Positions 38,493 to 48,586 of a stretch of DNA of 64,000 nucleotides are shown here, in pieces. This DNA is from Minutocellus sp. GHC0000111 (Eukaryota). Made by a program: the position numbers and the translations under genes. The DNA lies in contig OZ361256.1 in the NCBI GenBank assembly GCA_977018835.1, forward strand, positions 744,001 to 808,000, in the 5' to 3' direction. Position 1 is the first letter of the stretch, and the number at the start of each line of letters is the position of its first letter. The notes under the pieces were generated by a model, which did not search any database, was not told where the DNA came from, and saw nothing but the letters and a program-made list of their open reading frames with translations.

Positions 38493-40462
38493 ATGAAGGA
38501 CAGAATAGCGAGTAGAAGTCGTATCCGTCGCCGCAACGGGAACCGCGCTGCTGCATCTGCCGCCGCCGTTGTAGTTCACTACTGTTCTTCTGTTGGGACT
38601 GCATGTGCCGAAACTGCGTCGTCACTTGATGGTAACAGACATGCCGGTAGTGCCGACCAAGACTCTATTTACCGTGACCGCAGTAAAAATTTGAGAGGCC
38701 AGATGGTATTATCTTCATCCTCTCCGTTTGAGATGGATGTGCTGAACTTCTCTTCGTCCCGGCATCCGTCGCTGCCCCAGCTGCCGCAGGGGTTGGACGA
38801 GGAGCTCGAGCTAAATTTACCGGACGCGGCAGCAGCAGCAGCCATGCCTCGGCCGTCTATGGTCAGCACCGGCAATAATTATCGGGACGAAAACCAAAAC
38901 CGCGAACTCGACAGCGCTAGCGATGAAGATGCCTCGAACGACTACATGCACTACCTCCCGCCGGCACCACCGATGCAGGCGCGCATCGTCGGCGGCAATC
39001 CCGTCACCGACAACAACAAGTACCCCTGGTCGGTGGCCCTCCACCGCAAGGGGGTCCACTGGTGCGGCGGCGTGCTGGTGGCCCCGCAGGTCATCCAGAC
39101 GGCCGGCCATTGCTGCATGTCCAACGGGCGTTTGGGAGCCGACGAGGCCATCCTCAAGACTCTGAACAAGCACGGAGATCCCGACAGTCTGTTCCGTACA
39201 ATCGACCCGGCCAAGTGCCGGACACATCCCAACTACGTGGAGCGGGGATATCTGCACGATACGTGCCTCTGTCCCATCGAGGGAGACCCCATCGACCCCA
39301 AGATCATCGCCCCAATTGAAATCAATACCGACCCCGATTTCCCCCTCGACCCATCCCTTGACAAAGACGCGGTGGGAATGCAGGTGTTCAAGACCATGGG
39401 CTATGGCTCCCTCAATCAGCAGGGCAGGGGTACCGACTGGAAGATGGAGGTCGACGTCGCCTACGTCAACCAACCAGGAGAAGTGCCTTGCTGCTTTTTC
39501 CGGCCGCTACGTCAAGTCCGACATGCTTTGCGCCGTCCTACCGGGACAGTATGCCTGCCAGGGGTGAGTGCTCTTTACCTATGTGTTGATATGATTCACA
39601 AGTTATCTCTTGTTGCGTTTATATGCTGTCAAATAAATGCCATTTAATCAAACTTAGTCCTAACTTTTAATTCCATTCCATCCCGTTCCTTCATTTCTTC
39701 TTCCAACAGCGACTCTGGAGGCCCTTTAATCACCACCAAGCAAAACAACAAGCCTATTCTTATTGGTACCGTCTCATGGGGATTTGGTTGCGCTGATCCT
39801 CATTATCCCGGTGTTTACTCCCGCTGCTCGTCCTATTTTGGCTGGCTGCAGGAAAACATCTGCGACCTGAGTACCAGCGCCGACTCCAAGTTTTGGCCTG
39901 ACAAATACCTCGCTTGTGAAGGCAAGACGAACGGCAACGCTAACGGTGCATCTGACAAGAACGCCGAGGCAGCCGACGCAACTTCGGTTCCACTCAAGCT
40001 CCAACGGCGTCATCTGCGCCTTCGTCCTCCATCGCCCCAACTTCAACCGATGTTGGCAACAAGGGTGGCACCAACGCTGGCAGAGACGATGCCCTCGAGG
40101 GCGACAGCGTACCCGTCTTCCGCTCGTCAGTGCGGCTCGACTTTCACTTCGATAACCACCCTGAAGACATTGGATGGTCTATCAAGTGCGGCCGAGGCGA
40201 AAGCGATATGATCGACCTTGCCGACATCCCTTCTGGCCGCTACGGCCAGCGGGACTTTGCCGGGGAGACGGAAACGGAGGTGGCTTACATCCCCTCTGAC
40301 GTCCTTGGCCAGTGTGTTGTGACCGTTACTGACTCCTGGTCAGACGGGCTTGGGGAAGGGTCGTACATTCTGATCTCTCACCTTCTTAGCGACGGCCACG
40401 CTCAAGAGATTGGTAGAGTCGAGGGAGACTTTACCGAGGAGAAATTTACAATTCCACTGTAA
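38493..40462 (+). pseudogene. Trypsin-like (S1A) serine protease with C-terminal extension; intron 39564-39709; frameshifts near 39470 and 39990
   Basis: R-IVGG activation site, WCGGVL, TAGHC, HDTCL, spliced CQG/DSGGP, VSWGFGC, PGVYSR. C-terminal domain LDFHFDNHPEDIGW...DSWSDG. Two frame changes are needed to join these. Start codon uncertain. Confidence 0.8.
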
Positions 40463-40657
40463 AAATCTCATTGCGTGCTAATATTTTTTCTCAAAGTTTA
40501 TGTCAATTATGTCACAAGTTATCTGCTTGTGTCTGTCACAATGGAAAGCTAAAAGTAATCGTATCTTATTTACAAGTTTATGTGAAGATAGACATTGTCC
40601 GTTAGCGTCACGCGTTGCGTACACAATTGGAAGCTAGAGAAAAGATTAGGCATGGAC

Positions 40658-41992
40658 TCAATGATTTAGACAATCCTCTTGGAAGTGGTCCATTTGCTGA
40701 CAAGTCTCCGGAGGCATGTGCGATTCCCCCGTAGAAAAGCTGCGATACACAAACCTCAATGATACGCATTTCTTCTGATAAGCTGAAGTTGGAGCGGTCA
40801 GGCACACCTGCTCTAATTTGGAATAGTCTCTCAAATTCTCCTTGGCAGTTTGCATGCCAACGCCACCAACGCAAGACATTTGCAATGACGCCCCTCGATT
40901 CATCAAAGTGCCGGCATCTCCCTCTAGACACCATCTTAGCGCACCTTCATAATCGCGCGGGCGATGCAACAGATATTCCGTCGGCGAGTAAAGAGCACAA
41001 TCATTGGCGATTGTCGTCGCCGACTTGGTACATAGCGCGAGACTGGATATTGCCGACGCGGCATCAAAAGAAAATGCACCCTCGAATCTGCTGCTGACAA
41101 AGTAATCCATCCAAACACCATTTTCACAGGCACGCCGCATCGCAACATCAAATGGCTCTCGCTGACATGTTGCAATGGCATCGTCAATGGTTTGCCTGTC
41201 ATTCTTGTCTCGAATATTCTGGACGAAGCCATGTCCAATCCCGTGTCTACATTCCCACGTCCCCTCTGGAACACCGCGCAATTTCGAACAGACCTTGCTG
41301 TCCAGCTCTATTGCCGCTGTCACGGGATCCTCCACTTCCTTCAAATGTGTCTCAATAATCCCATGCAAAAAGGCACCGTTGCATATCCGCAAAAGATTGG
41401 CCGATTCCATGTTTCCCAAAAAGTCAGCTACCGCTCCCTCCACTCCCATGGACCGATAGGCCGCCCTGCCCAAACGGTGCGTGATGTGATGACAATTGTC
41501 CAAGAAGGCATTGTCGCTGTTCATTAGCTCGGAGGTTTCTGTCAATACTGAGAGCGGTCCACCACCACCATCTTCATCACTAGGAGTCAATTTTTCAATC
41601 AGAGAGGCCACGAGGGCCTTGGTTTGTAATGATTCGAGGTAGGCATCATCGATTGCCTCAATGCATGCCGAAGACGAAGATGAAGGTGACGATGCTTGTG
41701 TTGTTGTTGTTGTTGTATTGGTATTGGCGACACCAAGAAGTGAATTCCCAATAGACGAGTTTTGACCACCAACGACACCCCGGCCGAATGCACCACATGC
41801 TGTCCCGATTAGGAATGCAACGGTGGCAATTGCAATGTTCTGATGTCTTTGTCCGTTGGATGGAGATGGTGGTGGCACATGCGGTGGTGGAGCGGTGTCT
41901 TTCTTTCGTTGAAACGCCACGTCTTCTCCGTCGTCGTGGAACGAGACGTCCTCGTCATCGTTATCAGCGGCATCTGCCGAGGGGGAATTCAT
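40658..41992 (-). CDS. Type II membrane protein with Cys/His-rich helical repeats
   Basis: 444-aa ORF with TM IAIATVAFLIGTACGAF. Motifs CHHITHRLG, CNGAFLHG, CRHGIGHG, CENGVWM, CVGGVG. Confidence 0.75.
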   Translation of the reverse strand: MNSPSADAADNDDEDVSFHDDGEDVAFQRKKDTAPPPHVPPPSPSNGQRHQNIAIATVAFLIGTACGAFGRGVVGGQNSSIGNSLLGVANTNTTTTTTQASSPSSSSSACIEAIDDAYLESLQTKALVASLIEKLTPSDEDGGGGPLSVLTETSELMNSDNAFLDNCHHITHRLGRAAYRSMGVEGAVADFLGNMESANLLRICNGAFLHGIIETHLKEVEDPVTAAIELDSKVCSKLRGVPEGTWECRHGIGHGFVQNIRDKNDRQTIDDAIATCQREPFDVAMRRACENGVWMDYFVSSRFEGAFSFDAASAISSLALCTKSATTIANDCALYSPTEYLLHRPRDYEGALRWCLEGDAGTLMNRGASLQMSCVGGVGMQTAKENLRDYSKLEQVCLTAPTSAYQKKCVSLRFVYRSFSTGESHMPPETCQQMDHFQEDCLNH

Positions 41993-42357
41993 TATATTAT
42001 CGGGCTGTTGCTATCCTATGTAGTAATAAAGCAACAGCCCACATACATACATGTGAGCCGACAACATAACATTGCAACAGCATTTTTAACATTGCAACAG
42101 CCGCGAGGCCAACAAGCTTATTGCCAAATTTGCCAACATTCTGACGTACGTATCCACGTGCTCGTATTCAAGTCCCGGCAAAATTCTTCACTTGTACTAG
42201 TACTTTGAGAGGTTCCGCTAACGGCAAGATGTCTGAACCCATCATCGCATCGCATGAAATAACTGGCTGATACTACGTACTAGTAGTTCGTGTAGCGGCA
42301 GAGTAAAGCACAAGGGTTCCAGAGGTGGTACCCCTCCCCAAAGACAGCAGTCGATTG

Positions 42358-43949
42358 ATGGCGGGTGGTGCCATGGCGGCGTCCGGAATTATTTCCGACC
42401 CTGTCGCCCGGGTGGTGTCTGCCATGTTCCAGCCGATCCGCCGATCGCCAGACGGCCAGGGCATCGTCGTCGGTACCGACCAGGCTCTGGGATACGCGGC
42501 CACCCTCGGCTTGTCCCTTGCCGTTTACCGCCTGGTGGCGGCCATGATGAGGGGCGGCGACAGGCGGTCCTCCGTCGACGACGACGGCAGCCGAGGCAGC
42601 GGCGGCACCCTCGGCCTTCCGTCGTTCCTGCAGACGTTCCTCCGAGCGGCGCTGTTTCGCAAAATTCAGGACGGAGACTCGTACCACCGGGCGGCATACG
42701 GTCGGGACGGCAAGACCAACAACGGCAAGAAGAACAAGGGTGACGACTCAGCAGGGCCCGACATGCAGCACCGCGGTAGCTGCCACTGCGGTTCGATCCG
42801 CTTCACGGTGAGTTTGGAGTTGTTGTCGATGTTGATGGCAGTCTGTGCCATGAATCAAGATCAACAAGATACTGGACCGAATGCGTGTACTTACTCATAA
42901 TGTTCGTTCAAACTCTTTCCCTCTTTCCTCAATATCAACAGCTATGCGCGCCTCGCAACATTTCGGCCCTGGACTGCGGCGGAAAGATTCGATATCCGCA
43001 TTATCCGACAACAGCCGACAAGTTCCAACTGACCAAGGGCAGCCGACATCTACGGATGTACTACGTCACGGTCAACAATGTCAGCGAGGATGGAAGTCCC
43101 ACTGGAACAACCTGCATGGCGGCCCATACCTTCTGCGGTCGGTGTGGCGTCAACCTCCTGCGCGCTCCCGATTCCACCATGGACGCTCTGGAGGTCAACG
43201 TTGGCTGTTTGGAGAGGGATGGATATGCCACGGTCGATGTGGAGTACTACTGGTCCGACGACATGGTCGGTCTTGGTGCCGGTGCGCCCCTGCCGCATCA
43301 GTGGCTGGTGGAGGAATGCGACGAGCCCAAGCCGGCCGTGTACTGCGAGGGCGACGAGGACTGCACGACGCTGGACGGGACGCATGGTCCCATCCACGTC
43401 GATGATATTTCTACGTTTTGGCCGACCGAACTGGAGGAGGCAGGACTGACTGCCACCGGTGGACGGGGCGGCACGGCCGCCTCCAAGGGTGCCGTGACCC
43501 GATCGACCATCGACACGTCCAACGAGGGCCTGACTATCGAGGCCATCGGATCGGACGTGATGACCCCTCCCGCAGCGGCAGGGGGTGGTGGATCGCACCA
43601 TCCCCTCCTCAAGGCGCATTCCCAGCATGGGAAGGATCTAGACACTCCCTCCACGTCCAATTCCACCATGAGTGACATGGTCATGCCTCTGCCCTCCCGC
43701 GTTGTGGTTAGTCACAACTATCAAAGTAGTGACATGTCGTGCCAGTCCTCCATCGGCGACGAGGAGTTGACCCTGTCCGTCGGCGGAAGTTTGGGCGTCA
43801 TCGGTGAGCTCGGAGAGGAGAAGGCTGGGTGGTCCGTCGGTGGCTCGGCCGCTCCCACTGGCCGGCCCTCGCATCGGGCTGTCCTGCCACCGCGTTCCCT
43901 CAACAGAGATCAGATGAAGTATTTTCTGAGCCGGCATTCGATGGATTGA
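42358..43949 (+). CDS. GFA/CENP-V-like zinc-binding protein; intron 42808-42941
   Basis: HRGSCHCGSIRF, HTFCGRCGV, VNVGCL. Phase-0 GTGAGT...CAACAG intron. Confidence 0.8.
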
Positions 43950-44109
43950 GAACACGGAGAGTCCTCTCTGCACGGAGACTCCGTGCCCTCTGTGGTGAGA
44001 AATGCGCTGTATCATTGCGGCTTCTTGTAGGAGCTTCGAATAATGATCAAATCGGTCTCACCCCACAATGCTATTGATAATACATATGTTAAAAAACGAC
44101 ATGTTAATT

Positions 44110-46670
44110 TTACTCTTCGGATGATTCCGTACTTTCTCCATCCTCAAAGCTCGTCGAAACGAATTTGGCCTGGGTCTTGTCAAACTTTTTGATCTTGGCG
44201 TTGGCCATAAAGGCTTGGAAGCCAAAGACTGCGGCACCGATCGATCCAGCTGCCGTGAGGATGGGTCCAGAAGCAACACCGGCGACATTGAGCAGGACAG
44301 AGGCGAGAAGCAGATTTTCCATGCGCCCTTGCGAGAGGGACATTCTTTCAAGAGCCTTCTCATTCTCCAACGAACGGACACGGACCTTGAGTGTGCCATT
44401 TTCCATCGCTCGAAGAGTTTCTTCGATGTACTGAATCTTTTTTGGCTATGTGACGGCAGTATTGATATCATCAGCATTCAGACCAGTAGCCTTGCTAAAG
44501 ATTGAAAGTTGCTTCTCGGACTCCGATTTGTATCCCTTCTGAGTCTCAGTGAATTTTTCAACGAATGGTTGTGCCAGTTTTCCGATGTCATAATCTTTGT
44601 CCAGACCCTTACCAATGCCATCAATACTGGCAAACGAACGGAAAATAAATGTGAACGTGCTCGGAAAGCGGAACACATTATTTTCAGTGAGTGTCTGCAG
44701 GTCGGTACCGATTGTTGTTTTGATATTGGACGCCTTCTTCCCAAGCTGCTTGTCCTTGAAACTTCGCATAAAGTATCGTGCAAGCTTCTCTACGGCAAGC
44801 CGATCGGCACCGCGGGCAAGAACTCCAGCCTCCTCGCCATCAACCAACATTTTGGCATTTTTGGCCAAATCAATATCAGAAATCATGGGTCCACCAGCGA
44901 AAAGTGCGGTGCAAAATTTTCTAAATCCAGAACGGACATTCGGCTTTAGTTCGTCCATCATTCCGAAATCGTAGTAAACAAGGTTGCCCTCGGTATCGAC
45001 ACAAAGATTACCCTGCAAAATAAAATGCAATAAATGGAAGCAAGAGGTGAGATGCAGAAAAGAAGGAAAACGAAAAGCTTGGTCTCAAGTAGATGCAAAC
45101 ATATATATCTGGTGAAGCTACGTGTACGTGTCCACTCACGGGATGAGGATCGCCTTGGATTGGAGAGAGGGAGAGAAGAAGAGGGAGAAGAAAGAGAAGA
45201 AGGAGAGAGAGAAAGAAAGAGAGAGGTTCGTAAGAGATGTATACCCAAAAACATCAGAAATATTAGAAGCCAAACCTTCACTCACAATGGAAATATCCAG
45301 TTTCAATGATCTGCCGAAGGAAGGCATCTGCTGTTCTTTTTGCGAGCAGCTCTCTATCGAGTCCAAGCTCCTCTACGCGCTCGATATTGGTAAGCTTGAA
45401 GGATTCCAGGAACTCCATGGTCAGAACACGAGGAGTCGAAACCTCCCGGTAAAATTGAGGGACGCGGACCCACTCAACATCGTCAAAGTCACGTGCAAAT
45501 CGTTCAGCATTGGTTGCTTCATTGAGATAATCGATCTCCAGATACAACAAGCGCTCACTCTCCTCGTAAATCGACACCCAATCACGGTCGGCACCATCCG
45601 TTTTGGGATCAAACTTGTCCAGCAGCACTGCAAGTTTCTTGAGATTTTTGAGGTCCACATCGAACAGCTCCTTTAATCCGGCACGTTGCACCTTGATGGC
45701 TACCTTTTTACCCTTGTATGTGGCCGTATGGACCTGCCCGAGGGATGCGGCCGCCAGAGGCTCCGACGAAAAGTTCTGAAATACCTCATCACAAGGCTTG
45801 CCCAATTCTCGCGAAACAATGTCCTTAGCCCGAGCGCCAGAGAACCCTGGAACATCATCCTGCAAAGTCTTGAGCACATCCGTATATTCAACGGGTAGCA
45901 CATCCGTGCGAGTCGACACGACTTGTCCCAGCTTGACAAATGTCGGACCAAGACGGAGCAGCCCATCGCGAATAAACACAGCCGCCTCCGTCTTGGCCGC
46001 CTGAATTTCTTCCTCGGACGCATCGGCCTTTCGCAGCTTCCGTGGTTTGAGTGCCTTGAAGACGCATTTGAGGGCAAACTTCCACACCTCGGCATTCCGC
46101 CTGAGTGGCGATGAGCTGCCGCGCTGCTCCCATCTACGTTCCAAGACTTCACCCTCTGGAACATCATCACCATCCAACACCCCAGTATCGAGCAAGTGTT
46201 CTGTATCAGCATCGTCTGCAGCGGTGTCGCTGGCGCCACCATCGCCCCGTCGGACGAGACCAAGCGTACTCCCGACGATGCTCTTGAGCATCTTCTTGGC
46301 CCTGGCGCGCTTGCCTTCGTCGCGGCAGAGGTCATCCTCGGCATCGATCTCGCATTCCTCGTCCATGAGCGCGTCGGTCATCGCGTCGGCCTCGGCCTGC
46401 AGCGCCTCCGCGATGTCGTCCTCCAGAACAACTACCGCCTTCTCGGCGACCTTGGCCTGGTCCTTCACATCGAGCTCTTCTGCTGGCTTGTCCAGAATGC
46501 TCGCAGTTTCTGTTTCCTCGAGCGTCGATGCATGGAAGGGACGCTTGGCGACAGTGCTACTGCTAGTACGAGTAGAACTGCTGATACGACTTGTCGGTAC
46601 AAACGCGTGGGCGCCCCCGCCACAAGAAAGACAGAACCGCTAGGAGCGCGGTGGATCATATTGCGTTCAT
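44110..46670 (-). pseudogene. Plastid-targeted ABC1K/UbiB atypical kinase, disabled; introns 45154-45285 and 45013-45139
   Basis: LGPTFVKLGQ, LAAASLGQVH, VAIKVQR, spliced FHC-DPHP-GN, YDFGMM, presequence AHA-FVP. Lesions: TGA at codon 5 (46656-46658), a frameshift in the signal peptide near 46628, and an in-frame TAG at 44446-44448. Confidence 0.85.
45165..45225 (+). repeat. GA-rich low-complexity tract (long polypyrimidine tract on the coding strand of the ABC1K intron)
   Basis: Nearly pure G/A run just upstream of the micro-exon acceptor on the minus strand. Confidence 0.8.
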
Positions 46671-47324
46671 GACAAGCTTTCAATCGCAAAAAGCTAACGA
46701 GGAGTGATTTCGATCGATACTACTGCTGCTGCCGCCACAAATTGCAAGGGGTCAATCGCTCAAGCGCCAGTAACGAACGCAAGGGCCATCATCAGTCACC
46801 CACGCAGTCACACCCACGTACAGAAGAGCGGCCATCACTTGTGATTGCAGCGAGCAAAAAAGAAAATCTCAAATGTTGAAGTACAGAAACAAGGACAATG
46901 TCTTTGCCGTTAATTGTCTAGGGTTTTCCCCGATCTCCTTTAATCCTGTTATTATGAAATTCATGACGGCTCGTTGTCATACCTACTACGCACTAGGCCT
47001 AGTAGCTAGCACTAGCTAGCTAGCTACGTAGTAGCTACTCTAGCTACGTAGCTAGAGGTACCATGGTACGCTACACGGCCGTACATCATGCACTTTGCGG
47101 CTCTTGCGTCTTTGCGGCTCTTGCGGGTGCCTACCTACCTACCTAACAACAATCATCATCACACATTGACTAGTAGTAGTAGTTGATTTTTTTTAGTTTC
47201 TTTAGACTAGATCTATTTGAATTCTTAATTACGTCACAGAGAAATAAAAGAGAAAGACAGAGACGCTGTCAGAAAGTGACACAAGAGACACATGCCCCGC
47301 CTGAAAGATGTCCTGCAGCAGGCC

Positions 47325-48163
47325 TCATCCGCCATTAATCTTCTTCATGCAATAAATTGCTGCAGCTGCACACCACCACTCGTTTCTTCTCTTGGCGGGT
47401 GGCTCGTCCTTGTCGTCGTCGGAAGAGGACGACTCGTCCGAGGATGACTCGTCCGAGGATGACTCGTCGAAGCACCACGGCATGCGCTCAGCGTCGGCCA
47501 GGGCCTCGTCTTCAGACCACTTGATGCCCTTGGATCGTCGATCGAGCCTTGAGGCGCTCTCGATGATGTTGGAGATGGAAGCAAATGGCTTTTGATCGGT
47601 TCGCCATGGTTGATTGCTTCCGCAATTTGAATTTTGCATGTGTCCGCTCCATGGTGGAGAGGCACCTCGCCTTGATCGAAAAAATCAACGCAATGCGTAA
47701 GTCTCGTGCTGTGCGCATCGATGGCCTGGTTGTGTGCGCGGTTGAAACAACAACAATCGTCAGAGTGCCCGGACGGCCGATGAAAAACTAAAGACGCAGT
47801 TTACCATGATGGCAGCACACAGGTCGAACTCTTTCTGTGCCTCGTTCTCGACGGTGTAACTGGTGGAGGAGTAGAACCCTTGCTGCGTGAGGGTTGTCTG
47901 GTTGCGACGTCTGCCGATTGCCAAGTCCAGCCGGCTGGCCATTCATTCGGAAAGCAAGTTTGAGTGGTGTTCTTTTCTTCCATTGTCGACTTCGACTGAC
48001 TGACACCACAGCATTGTAGAGTCGCGCGGCTGTTCTCGATTCCTTCTCGTTGAATGTGTGCGAGTAATCGTCGGCGCCGGAGTTCATTATAACGTAGCGC
48101 AAGGCCGACTTGGCCGAACTGAAAACTCGGCTGCCCCGGTGTTGGGATCTCGGATCTCGACAT
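47325..48163 (-). pseudogene. Fragmented coding remnant of unknown family, ending at the Copia left boundary
   Basis: Overlapping short ORFs with coding-like composition, ending in an acidic (DESSS)x3 tail and PPAKRR. The 15-bp unit GACTCGTCCGAGGAT is repeated at about 47431-47468. Confidence 0.3.
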
Positions 48164-48500
48164 TGTTCACGTGACTCATTGGACTAAAACCCCATCCGAG
48201 GGACCCGGACCATAAAGGAAACCCGGAGGTGTATGGTTCGCACCTCGAAATACACCTTCGGCCTTCGGCCTACAAAGACACAGTCGTTAGAGCCTAATAG
48301 AGCCAATCCTGCACAGCCAGGTCTATACATAGATCTATGACGCACCAAGCGTCAGACTCTAAGTAAACCAATGTCTTTCCTAGGTTCCCAAATCGGCGAA
48401 CCGAACACCAAAGCATCGGCCTACATCGCTCGGCGAACCTCGCGATGTGGCATGCTTTTTTCACACACTGCTTTTTTCTTTTCATACACTTTCTTCAACA
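48164..48500 (+). repeat. Candidate 5' LTR of the Copia element
   Basis: TGTT...AACA termini and an abrupt change from the upstream remnant. An alternative end is at 48587 (TATCA followed by TGG). No second copy in the window, so unconfirmed. Confidence 0.3.
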
Positions 48501-48586
48501 GAACGTACAACTAAAGTAAGATCAATTGCATAACTATATCAACCTTTTGTGGCCACATAAGATAGATATACTACCGAGAAAATATC

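Noticed and set aside
29529..46658. Non-standard genetic code (TAG=Gln, TGA=Trp) or selenocysteine explaining the in-frame stops
   Set aside because: Very long ORFs (1626 and 1242 aa) contain no internal stops, many genes end in TAG or TGA, the affected genes also include frameshifted ones, and the ASPHD TGA sits at a Trp rather than a Cys position.
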